Below, piece after piece: positions 45,291 to 54,600 of a stretch of 64,000 nucleotides of DNA (its first letter is position 1; each line of letters begins with the position of its first letter). The translations under genes and the position numbers were made by a program. The notes below the pieces were generated by a model. The model saw only the letters and a program-made list of their open reading frames with translations. It was not told the DNA's origin and made no database searches. The DNA comes from Candidatus Magasanikiibacteriota bacterium (lineage in GTDB: Bacteria; Patescibacteriota; Patescibacteriia; Magasanikbacterales; GWA2-37-8), in contig JBAYGI010000003.1 in the NCBI GenBank assembly GCA_041666745.1, positions 76,782 through 140,781 on the forward strand, written 5' to 3'.

Positions 45291-45740
45291 TTATTTGCTT
45301 AAACGCTTTAATTCATTTTCAAAATTTTTAACATCTTTGAAATCCCGATAAATACTGGCAAAACGAATGTAGGCGACTTTATCAAATCCGCGTAAATTTT
45401 TCATCACAATTTCACCCAGCTCGCCACTGCTGATTTCGTGTTTTTTCTTTTTTTGGATATCACGCTCAATCCCGTGTAAAAGCTGATGAAAATTTTCTTG
45501 TGTAAATGATCGTTTGGTCAATGATCTTTTGATACCATTTTCCAATTTATCACGCATATACGCTTCACGACGACCATCGCGTTTTACTACTATCAAATCC
45601 AATAATTCATTTTCTTCAATGGTAGAAAATCGATAATGACACTTGTCACATTCACGACGCCGACGAGTAGCCAGATCATTTTCCGCAGAACGAGTATCTA
45701 CTACACTGGTATTCTTGTGATTACAAACTGGACATCTCAT
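45291..45740 (-). CDS. nrdR: Transcriptional repressor NrdR
   Basis: MRCPVCNHKNTSVVDTRSAENDLATRRRRECDKCHYRFSTIEE zinc ribbon plus an ATP-cone. The start is taken at MRCP (45740) rather than 45761. Confidence 0.85.
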   Translation of the reverse strand: MRCPVCNHKNTSVVDTRSAENDLATRRRRECDKCHYRFSTIEENELLDLIVVKRDGRREAYMRDKLENGIKRSLTKRSFTQENFHQLLHGIERDIQKKKKHEISSGELGEIVMKNLRGFDKVAYIRFASIYRDFKDVKNFENELKRLSK

Positions 45741-45792
45741 ATAAACTACAAACTTTACCAAATAATAATACCATTTTTCCTTTTAAAAAACA

Positions 45793-45850
45793 ATCCCGAC
45801 TAAGTCGGGATATGGAAACAGACTTGTTAGATCCCCGCTTTCGCGGGGAT
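45793..45850 (-). terminator. Tandem hairpin terminator downstream of ftsZ
   Basis: Minus strand: the ftsZ stop, then ATCCCCGC-GAAA-GCGGGGAT, then ATCCCGAC-TTA-GTCGGGAT followed by TGTTTTTT. The first hairpin (45831-45850) shares the GATCCCCGCTTTCGCGGGGATGAC unit with the in-CDS repeat at 21677. Confidence 0.6.
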
Positions 45851-45861
45851 GACAAAAATAG

Positions 45862-47097
45862 TTAAATACCCATTTTTTTACGAATAAAAGCCGGAATTTC
45901 CAATTCATCGTCTGCTTTGGTTTTTGGAGCGGATATCGGCGCTGGTCTGACTTCTTCTTTTGGTAAAACATAACTGGTTGGGGGCGGAGTCGGTGCAACC
46001 GGTTTTTGAGTAAATTGCTTAAACTTCTTTTCCTCTTCTTCTTCCTCTTTTTGGGCTCGACGCAAAAAATTGGTATTACCAAATTTGCTAGCGCCAAAAA
46101 ATGAAGTGCTTTCTTCGTCGCTATTATTGATCAAACTAGCTTGACGATCATCAAACCCACTGGCGATTACTGTAATACGAACACTACCGGTCAGAGTTTC
46201 ATCGATAGTCGCGCCAAAAATAACTTTGGCATCTTCAGCGGCTGAGCTGGTAATAATCTTGGCCGCTTCACTAACTTCACTCATTGCCAAATCAGCACCG
46301 CCGGTAATAGTAAACAAGATTCCATGAGCACCATCGATCGACAGCTCCAACAACGGACTGGAAATGGCCATCTTGGCGGCATCAATCGCTCTATTATCTC
46401 CGGTACCGGTACCAATGCCCATCAAAGCCGAACCGGTGTTTTGCATAATAGTTTTGACATCGGCAAAGTCAACGTTGATCAGTGATGGTGTAGTGATAAT
46501 TTCAGAAATTCCTTGAACACCTTGACGCAAAACATCATCAACAATTTTGAACGCTTCAAGTAAAGTAGTTTTTTTATCAATGACTTGTAAAATACGATCG
46601 TTTGGAATAGTAATAATAGCATCGACATTGCGCGCCAATTTTTCCCAAGAAGTGTCTGCAATATCGCGACGTTTTGGACCTTCAAATCCAAATGGTTTTG
46701 TAACTACTGCGACGGTCAATGCGCCCAACTCTTTGGCTACTTCCGCTACTACCGCACTAGCACCAGATCCGGTGCCACCACCCAAGCCACAGGTGATAAA
46801 CACCATGTCGCTATCTTTGAGAATATCTCGAATTTCATTTTGCGATTCCTCGGCCGCTTTTCTACCAACTTCCGGATCCATTCCAGCCCCCAAACCACGA
46901 GTAACACTTTTGCCAATATGTAATTTCTGAGGAGCAGAATTGTGATGCAAAGCCTGCACATCGGTATTTAATACCACAAAATCCACACCACGAATTTTGG
47001 CCGCCACCATACGATTGACAGCCGAACCACCAGAGCCCCCAACTCCAACGACTTTAATTTTTGCAAAGGTTTCCATTTCCGGTTTAACTTGGGGCAT
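45862..47097 (-). CDS. ftsZ: Cell division GTPase FtsZ
   Basis: IKVVGVGGSGGSAVNRM...GLGGGTGSGASAVVAEVAKE, the tubulin-signature GGGTGSG. 411 aa. Confidence 0.9.
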   Translation of the reverse strand: MPQVKPEMETFAKIKVVGVGGSGGSAVNRMVAAKIRGVDFVVLNTDVQALHHNSAPQKLHIGKSVTRGLGAGMDPEVGRKAAEESQNEIRDILKDSDMVFITCGLGGGTGSGASAVVAEVAKELGALTVAVVTKPFGFEGPKRRDIADTSWEKLARNVDAIITIPNDRILQVIDKKTTLLEAFKIVDDVLRQGVQGISEIITTPSLINVDFADVKTIMQNTGSALMGIGTGTGDNRAIDAAKMAISSPLLELSIDGAHGILFTITGGADLAMSEVSEAAKIITSSAAEDAKVIFGATIDETLTGSVRITVIASGFDDRQASLINNSDEESTSFFGASKFGNTNFLRRAQKEEEEEEKKFKQFTQKPVAPTPPPTSYVLPKEEVRPAPISAPKTKADDELEIPAFIRKKMGI

Positions 47098-47226
47098 AAA
47101 GAATGTTAGTGTGAATAATTTTTGTATTCAACCTCTAAAAATAAAAATAGTGGAGGTTATCCGCTATTTAGTTTATACGAGGCGACTGTAGATGTCAAGA
47201 AACAAATTTGTATTCAATGTGAACAA

Positions 47227-48507
47227 TTAAGGTAATAAGGCTTTGAACCAATCTTTTACAGCTGTCGCGGAACCGCCCATTTTTTTGATTCCACCCAACA
47301 CGCCTGCGCTCTTTGTTTTTTTACTACCTTGAGACATCATACTGCCCCATTTTACCAAACCAACCACATTTACAAAAGACAAATCATTGATCTTGTCGGT
47401 AGCACTAATAAAATTCAACGGGTAACCAAGAGTGGCCGGTAAACGTAAATACTTTTTTGCCGCTTCAATCAAACCGGGCAGTTTCGCCCCGCCACCGGTA
47501 AACACTACTCCGGCCGGAAGCATGCCACTACGTTGTACTTTTCGTAATTCGCCATCTATTTTTTGCATGATTTCTTCGACGCGCGCTTCGATGATTTCGC
47601 TTAAATATTTTCTCTTGATCAATTCGTGTTCTCCGTTGCCCAATTCATACAAATCAATTTCGTCTTTTTTGGACACAGTGTTGGCAAAACAATCACCGTG
47701 TTCTACCTTTACACGTTCGGCTACCTCGATTGGAATTCGCAGACCGATAGCGATATCATTGGTAATGTGTTCAGAGCCAATCGGCAAAATCGTCGAATGC
47801 AATATCTCCCCTTCTTCATATATCGCCAAACTGGTGGTCGCGGATCCAAGGTCAACTATCGCTACTCCCAAATCTTTTTGACGGTTGGTCAAAGCCGCTT
47901 CGCTGGTCGCCAAAACCGACAAAACCAAATCTTCAATCTCCAACCCGGAACGATAAATCGCTTTTGTTAAATTTTTAATTTGCGCTGATGCTCCCAAAAT
48001 AATCTGGGCGTCCACTTCGAGACGAATACCGGTCATGCCAACCGGGTCTTTGATACCGGTTTGACCATCAACTGAAAATCGCTTTGGTAAAACATGTAGC
48101 ACTTCGTAATTTAATGGCGTAGAAATAGATCGTGCCGCCTCTAGCGCTCGCTGAACATCCGCTTCAGAAATTTCATTTTCAGATTTTGAAGCCGCCACTA
48201 CTCCTTTGCTGTTTTGTGACATGATATGCAAACCCGATACCCCCACCCAAACAGTATCTATCGGCATACCCACTGTGCGTTCCATTTTTTCCAAACATGA
48301 CGATACTGATGACACTACATCTTCAATACTACTAATCGCGCCCTTGTGCATCCCCTCGGCTACTACCTCGGCTGCCCCCAAAATCTGCATATCCGGCTGT
48401 AAATCATCATGGCCGTTGTAAACCAGCTGACCAACTGCCATACGCACCATACTAGACCCGATATCCAACCCGGCAATTAAATTGTTTTTGGCTTTGGCCA
48501 TAATCAA
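47227..48507 (-). CDS. ftsA: Cell division protein FtsA
   Basis: IAGLDIGSSMVRMAVGQ...actin-fold...VFTGGGAKLPGLIE. 426 aa. Immediately upstream of ftsZ. Confidence 0.85.
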   Translation of the reverse strand: MIMAKAKNNLIAGLDIGSSMVRMAVGQLVYNGHDDLQPDMQILGAAEVVAEGMHKGAISSIEDVVSSVSSCLEKMERTVGMPIDTVWVGVSGLHIMSQNSKGVVAASKSENEISEADVQRALEAARSISTPLNYEVLHVLPKRFSVDGQTGIKDPVGMTGIRLEVDAQIILGASAQIKNLTKAIYRSGLEIEDLVLSVLATSEAALTNRQKDLGVAIVDLGSATTSLAIYEEGEILHSTILPIGSEHITNDIAIGLRIPIEVAERVKVEHGDCFANTVSKKDEIDLYELGNGEHELIKRKYLSEIIEARVEEIMQKIDGELRKVQRSGMLPAGVVFTGGGAKLPGLIEAAKKYLRLPATLGYPLNFISATDKINDLSFVNVVGLVKWGSMMSQGSKKTKSAGVLGGIKKMGGSATAVKDWFKALLP

Positions 48508-48532
48508 ATATTTTACGAACTCCTATTATACA

Positions 48533-48898
48533 CTATTTTATCAATCTAATAAAGTGGGGTATGAATATTATCAATCCGATTATCAATGCTCCAAGCGATG
48601 TGATCAAAACAGCGGCTGCCATAGTGTCTTTGATTACTAATACATAATGATGCAAACGCGGTTTTAATAAATCAGTAAAATATTCCAGCGCGGTATTTAA
48701 TAATTCCATCGCCAACACCGCCACCAATAATAAAATAACCAAAATAATTTCCCAAGCTTTTAGAGGAAAAATTGCCGAAGCAATCAAAACTACAATCGCC
48801 ATTAAAATTTGCAAACGAAAATTTTGCTCGTGTTTAAAAGTGTGTTTTAAACCGGCAAAGGCGGACGAAAAACTGTTAAATAAACTTTTGACTGACAT
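48533..48898 (-). CDS. dgkA: Diacylglycerol/undecaprenol kinase family membrane protein
   Basis: 121 aa and 3 TM. AFAGLKHTFKHEQNFRLQ...AMELLNTALE, the DgkA signature. Confidence 0.65.
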   Translation of the reverse strand: MSVKSLFNSFSSAFAGLKHTFKHEQNFRLQILMAIVVLIASAIFPLKAWEIILVILLLVAVLAMELLNTALEYFTDLLKPRLHHYVLVIKDTMAAAVLITSLGALIIGLIIFIPHFIRLIK

Positions 48899-49322
48899 AA
48901 CCCAATTCTTTAATTATCCCCTCTTGAATTTTAAACATTTTTTTTGCCATTACTTTTTTTATATGATCATGACCGGCCAAATGCAATAGTCCGTGAATCA
49001 ACATCCGAGCCAACTCTTCGTTTTCTTTTACTTCATACTCTTTGGCCTGACGCTTGATCTGCGGATAACAAATATAAATTTGTCCAAGCAATTGGGATTT
49101 TATTTTTTTATCCTCTTTCCATGCAAACGACAAGACATCGGTTGGATTTTTTTTACCGCGATAATGAAAATTCAAATCAATCATTTCTTTGTCATCAATC
49201 ATATTTACTTCCACCACTCCATCAACTTTCTTTTCTTTTTTGGACACTAACTTGGTAATTTTTTGTAAATCTTTCTCGGAATACTTATTTTTAATATTGG
49301 AATTGTAGTTAATCTTGATCAT
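48876..49322 (-). CDS. ybeY: rRNA maturation endoribonuclease YbeY
   Basis: LIHGLLHLAGHDH metal-binding motif. 148 aa. Overlaps dgkA by 23 nt. Confidence 0.8.
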   Translation of the reverse strand: MIKINYNSNIKNKYSEKDLQKITKLVSKKEKKVDGVVEVNMIDDKEMIDLNFHYRGKKNPTDVLSFAWKEDKKIKSQLLGQIYICYPQIKRQAKEYEVKENEELARMLIHGLLHLAGHDHIKKVMAKKMFKIQEGIIKELGYVSQKFI

Positions 49323-50416
49323 AATGTAGTCGTGGCGCTTTCTTCAACAGTACGAGCCGGCACTTCAGTAGCACTTCCAAATTGGAAACTACGCGCCAAC
49401 ATTTTGATTACCATATGATAATTCACCACATTTGAGTCGGTGGTGTGATAAAGAATCGCAAAAACTTGATTTCCTTTTGGAAAGAAATATACCAAATTAT
49501 CTTTACGGGCAAATCCAGTCTCTTTAAATACTGATTCAAACGGCAGATAATCCGCCAACTGTTCGCCACTGGCATTGCGAGCAAACCAATCGTTGAAGCT
49601 TTCTCCTGCATTCATATCCATAGCTCTAACTTCGATATTCTCACCAGTCAAAGTACTAAACAAAACATCTTTATTGCCAACATCCACAATACCCACCGCC
49701 CAACTTTTTGGATAATATATTTTATACAAAAACACCGGATTGGCATAAACATTTACCAAACCTGAACCCACCAAACTCATCGGTTCTTTGCCAGCCGGAT
49801 TGTATAAATAAAAAACTTCATGACCATCGGTAAATTTGTCATTATCGCTATCCGGTATAGCGGGATCAGTACCAAATAATTCTTCGGCCACATCGGTTAT
49901 ATCATCTTTGTCGGTATCAACACTATCACCCAACAGAAATGAGGGAAAATCTAATTTTACCTCTGTGGAAACAGTTGGAAGAGTAGCGACTGGTTCGGGC
50001 TCAACAGTTGAAGTTGGTGAAATTTCCTGTTCTGCAGGCGGTGTGACGACCGGTTCGGTAACCACCGGCTGAATTGGTTCGGGGGTTACCGTCTTACGAT
50101 ATTGCCACCAATAATAAAAACTGATTATCGCCACGCCAACTATTAAAATCCCTAAACCGGCGACAATTAAAAATTTCCAATTCGTAAACAAATTTATTGG
50201 ATGCAATTTATTACCGGCACCGGTAGACGTCTTTTGATCCAAAAGTTTTTTATCCGCCGATGACAAAACCGACTTGACTGTTTGAGTCTGTTTGATTACC
50301 TTTTCTACATTTTTAAATTTTACAATCGGATTAGTACCGGCATAAAAATCATCCGGCATCTTGGTTATTTTTACATCCGGTAGAGTTTGTTTTTTTTGCT
50401 CTGGCTTACCGAACAT
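49319..50416 (-). CDS. Membrane-anchored protein with thrombospondin-type-3-like Asp-rich Ca-binding repeats plus a C-terminal domain (paralog 3 of 3)
   Basis: 365 aa. One TM (FLIVAGLGILIVGVAIISFYYWW) is followed by a P/T/E/V-rich linker, then DSVDTDKDDITDVAEELFGTDPAIPDSDNDKFTDGHEVFYLYNPAGKEP. Confidence 0.45.
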   Translation of the reverse strand: MFGKPEQKKQTLPDVKITKMPDDFYAGTNPIVKFKNVEKVIKQTQTVKSVLSSADKKLLDQKTSTGAGNKLHPINLFTNWKFLIVAGLGILIVGVAIISFYYWWQYRKTVTPEPIQPVVTEPVVTPPAEQEISPTSTVEPEPVATLPTVSTEVKLDFPSFLLGDSVDTDKDDITDVAEELFGTDPAIPDSDNDKFTDGHEVFYLYNPAGKEPMSLVGSGLVNVYANPVFLYKIYYPKSWAVGIVDVGNKDVLFSTLTGENIEVRAMDMNAGESFNDWFARNASGEQLADYLPFESVFKETGFARKDNLVYFFPKGNQVFAILYHTTDSNVVNYHMVIKMLARSFQFGSATEVPARTVEESATTTL

Positions 50417-50419
50417 AAA

Positions 50420-51223
50420 TTATTTTTTATTTTTTACACTAGTTGTAGTTTTAGGAAGTGTTGTTTTGGTAGACGTACTCACCTTGATCGTAGATGTACT
50501 AACACCGGACGGCATGTTGAAAAGTTTGCCCGGACCCAGTGGGTTGTAGGCATTGCGCACTTCTTGACCATCCGGATAACTATCCCCATCAGTATCAGGG
50601 TTCAATGGATTTGTTTTCCAAATAATCACTTCATCACCATCACTCAGACCGTCTTTGTCGGTATCGGCATTGTATGGATCAGTTCCCAATTCTTTTTCAC
50701 GCACATCATCCAGTCCGTCTTTATCACTATCTACCGACTCACCAAATAAAATTTTATCATTGTTCATTTTGGCGGTAACGTCACTGGAAGTTGGTGCGGT
50801 AGTAGTTGCGATATTTTCTTCAACCGGCACTATTACCGACGGAGTTTCTACAACCGGCTGTTGCTCGGTAGTAGTTGGTACAACCACAGGTGTTACAACT
50901 GGTTTGACTTTAATAAATTTACCATAAGCATACCAACCGCCGAATCCGACCGCCCCCAAAATTATGGCTATAAAGAAAAATAATAAAACTTTTCCAAGGA
51001 CAGGCTGTTTTACCTCATATAGCGAAGGCGCGACCGATGGAGCGGTGGAAATATTTGGCGTGACAGCATCTTTTTTCTTTAACAAACCAGCACCAAGAGC
51101 ATCTGGAGTTTTTTCAACCGGATTTAATTCGGCGCCTTCTTTTTCAACGCCGGCGAACATATCATCAGGCTCAGTAGGCAAATTTGTCGGTGGATTTGTT
51201 TTTGTTACTTGATCATCAAACAT
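50420..51223 (-). CDS. Membrane-anchored protein with thrombospondin-type-3-like Asp-rich Ca-binding repeats (paralog 2 of 3)
   Basis: 267 aa. The TM (VLLFFFIAIILGAVGFGGWYAY) is followed by a T/P/V linker, then SVDSDKDGLDDVREKELGTDPYNADTDKDGLSDGDEVIIWKTNPLNPDTDGDSYPDGQEVRNAYNPLGPGKL. Confidence 0.45.
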   Translation of the reverse strand: MFDDQVTKTNPPTNLPTEPDDMFAGVEKEGAELNPVEKTPDALGAGLLKKKDAVTPNISTAPSVAPSLYEVKQPVLGKVLLFFFIAIILGAVGFGGWYAYGKFIKVKPVVTPVVVPTTTEQQPVVETPSVIVPVEENIATTTAPTSSDVTAKMNNDKILFGESVDSDKDGLDDVREKELGTDPYNADTDKDGLSDGDEVIIWKTNPLNPDTDGDSYPDGQEVRNAYNPLGPGKLFNMPSGVSTSTIKVSTSTKTTLPKTTTSVKNKK

Positions 51224-51245
51224 ATATTTATTTTAAAAAATTATT

Positions 51246-51671
51246 TTATTTTTTTAATTTTCCCGAACCGGTTGGACTATATCCGCGCTCTACTTCATAT
51301 CCATCTTTATACCCATCACCATCGGTATCTGCTTTGAGTGGGTCGGTGTGATAAAATTTCACCTCGTCACTATCCATGAGCCCGTCGCCATCGGTATCTG
51401 AATTATTCGGATTGGTGCCAAGTTTTTTTTCTTCTTCATCTGACAATCCGTCTAAATCTTTGTCCGTCTGTCTGGCTTTATCTAGAGAAACATCCAACGA
51501 TTTCATGATTTCTACGTCCTTTTTGGCTTCATCCAACTTTACAGCCGCCTGTTCAGTTGGAGTAGTGGTATTTTTTTGCGGTAAATTGATTTTTTTTCTA
51601 AATATCAAAAATACAACTCCCACTAAAACCACTACCACTACTATAATTATAATATATTTTTTATTATTCAT
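51246..51671 (-). CDS. Membrane-anchored protein with thrombospondin-type-3-like Asp-rich Ca-binding repeats (paralog 1 of 3)
   Basis: 141 aa. The TM (IIIVVVVVLVGVVFLIF) is followed by DKDLDGLSDEEEKKLGTNPNNSDTDGDGLMDSDEVKFYHTDPLKADTDGDGYKDGYEVERGYSPTGSGKL. Confidence 0.45.
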   Translation of the reverse strand: MNNKKYIIIIVVVVVLVGVVFLIFRKKINLPQKNTTTPTEQAAVKLDEAKKDVEIMKSLDVSLDKARQTDKDLDGLSDEEEKKLGTNPNNSDTDGDGLMDSDEVKFYHTDPLKADTDGDGYKDGYEVERGYSPTGSGKLKK

Positions 51672-51676
51672 AAAGT

Positions 51677-54600
51677 CTATGGCGCGTAATTCATTTTAAT
51701 AAAACTACGGATCATATTTATTTCTCCGATTCTATTTGGTATTTTAGCAACAACACTATCTGGCGCTTTTTTAATATTGAACACATGCCAAAACTGCGCC
51801 GCATCATTATCTGAAGGTATAGCTTGATTTAAATAATAAGTTTTCGCAGGACGAGCAAAATGTCTAAGATTATCATCGCTCTCCGGCACATATACTTCCA
51901 CTTTTAATTTTGCCGAATTTTTGAGATTTTTCATCGTGTCTGCTGTTTTTATATAAAAAGCATAAGATGAGGTAACCATTTTTGAAGTGTCGATAGTGAA
52001 GGATTTTACATTAGAGGTGTTGGTATTTTTAAAACCGTGGTACCAAATACTAGCCAACGGATTGATATTTGGGGCTGTATAATAATTGATCCCGGTAGAA
52101 ATATTGATAGCAGGTGAATTATCTTCCAACGAAGTGATGATACCAGTTTGCGAATTAACACCACCTGGCACAAGAAAACCAGTATTAAATCCAACATCTC
52201 CAACCCAGCTAACCACTACACGCACATCCTGTGGCCTAGTATCGTCGAAAATTACCGGCGACAACAGCAGATTATATTTATCCGGAGTAGTAGTGCCAAA
52301 AACCGGAAAATCTATCATATGCTCGGTGGCAAAATCGGAATTAATTGCTAGGCGGTAAATTTTACTTTGAGACTTATCAGAACAAACCGGATCACTATTT
52401 ATACTAGCAACCACAGACTGATCACCTAGATAAGGGTGTAGTTTATAATCAAAAATGTTGTCATTTAACTTATACGAGAAAAACGCTACGCCCGTTGTAT
52501 CTCCAATAGAAGACAACGACTGTGTAGTGCTGACATACAGCAATCCAACGTCACCATCCTCACTATTGTTAGATAAAAGCGGATTGTTTGATAATGGTTC
52601 CAACACATTTATTAACGCGCCAGATATTGGTGATCCGCCGGTTTTTAAACCACACTCAACACATTTATTGCTGATACTACTACAATTATTAATACAAGTT
52701 TTGATGCCGATCTGAGTTGTGAGATTGGTCCAAGTTTTGTCCTTATAAAATTGTAAGCTACCAGAATTCAAATGCAAATTGTATTCTTGATCACAAGGTA
52801 AAACTATATAACCATTTTGATCTGGATGTTTTTCTAAAACTAATTTATTCCACCAATCATTTGTAATATATGTACTAGTTACGCTGGAATACAAAGAATT
52901 GCCACTCACCTCACATTTTTCTGTACCATTTATCACTCCATCGCCACAATATCCTGAAGCATCAACGGAAATATTATTTTTACAATCCCAAGAACAATAA
53001 ACGCACGGCTTATTATATCCTGATGTACAAGCCACACCATTTTTATTTCCATTATCACAAGCTTCACCGGTTTCTATTTTGCCATTTCCACAACCTGTCT
53101 CAGTTGTTGGTTTTACTTCTTCGGCTGTAGCTATTTTTGCCTGACAAAAATTTTCACCATTGTTATACAAATCTGTGATTTCACCAGCGGTTAAAGTGCG
53201 ACCAAACAGATGCATTTCATCCATACTACCTTTGAACCAATTGTCAGCCCGCCCAATCCAAATTGGATAATTATTGTCCGCTTTTAATTTTGTACTACCA
53301 TTGACAACTCCCGTTCCTTTATATTGCCCATCTACATAATATTTAACTTGACGTTGCGCGTCAACCGTAACCGCAACAAAATACCACACACCGACTGACA
53401 AATCTACCGGAACAGAACTAATACCAAAAATATTGTCAGTTTTGGATCCTGGTGGCGGTCCAGAATAAAAATGTAAAAGATTTATTTTATTTCCACTTTT
53501 AACAATGTAAAAATTATAATCACGATTGTTACTAATAGCTTTACCCTCTTGTTTGCTTATAACCGCATGATATCCGTCACTACTATCCCCATCCACATTT
53601 ATCCAAGTAGCGAAAGTTAGTTCGTTTACATCAAAACTTGCACTATGATCAATAGTAAAATAATTTGATATGCCGTTGAAATGCATCGCTTGGTTTTTAT
53701 CTCCATTAAATGACGAGATTGGGGTCGGGCAACCGGTGTTGGCAACACCAGAGCAATAAGCTGAATTTAATAAGGATATACCTGATTTGGCCTGCCCTTT
53801 ATTTAAAATATAACTTAAACCACCAATGTTGCCTGTCTCGTATTTCGGCCACCCAGCATGATATGTAATTACATCATCAAAATTAAAATATAATATTGGG
53901 GAGGTGGTAACCGAATTGTATACCCAACGACAACCAGAACCACACACTCTATTGCATGTCACACCGCTAATCGTATCAACTTTGTTTCCATCACATTCTT
54001 CACCAAAATCTTTTTGTACAATAGCATCACCACAATATGGACCGTGTGCTTGACAATCTAAATTACAAGATGTAGTTGGTGTTAAACCATAACGACTGTT
54101 GTTGAATGAAACTTGAATACATTTTCCTACAATTCCAACCAACGCGTTATCTTTGAAACTACCCCAAAGATTTTGTTGTATTTTGCAATCGTCATCAACA
54201 TTACATGGCTTTGCTCCTACAACACCACTGGCACACCAACCAAGATCCTTATCTTTTCCGGCTTTGTAAAAATCAAAATTCGTATCACAAACTTCATTGC
54301 CTTTTGTATCAACATCTCCATTTCCGCAGCTAGAAGACAAACCACTACAAGTTGGATTACAATGATTATATTTTCCATTCAACGCACCCTCATCACAAGT
54401 TTCCCCCACTTCAACTTTGCCATTTCCACATTTGGATAATATGCCACATTTTGTAGTCGTTGCATTTTTTGACCATTTACAATCACTGGAACAAATATCT
54501 CCCTTCAAATCATCTGCAAAACTTCCCCCAACACAATCAGCCTGATTCCACACCACACTACCTTTTGGATCACATTCTTCTCCTTTGTTTAAATTTACTT

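Noticed and set aside
45783-46097. 104-aa ORF on the minus strand overlapping the 3' end of ftsZ and the terminator hairpins
   Set aside because: It lies in a different frame of the same strand as the ftsZ C-terminal coding region and spans the two terminator hairpins. The product is low-complexity K/R-rich. It is treated as a frame artefact.
47098-47226. ftsA-ftsZ intergenic stem (AACCTC...GAGGTT) and TTTGTATTCAA direct repeat as a regulatory RNA
   Set aside because: The stem is short, AT-rich and has a large loop. A promoter or RBS region for ftsZ is the simpler explanation. It is mentioned only in passing in a finding.
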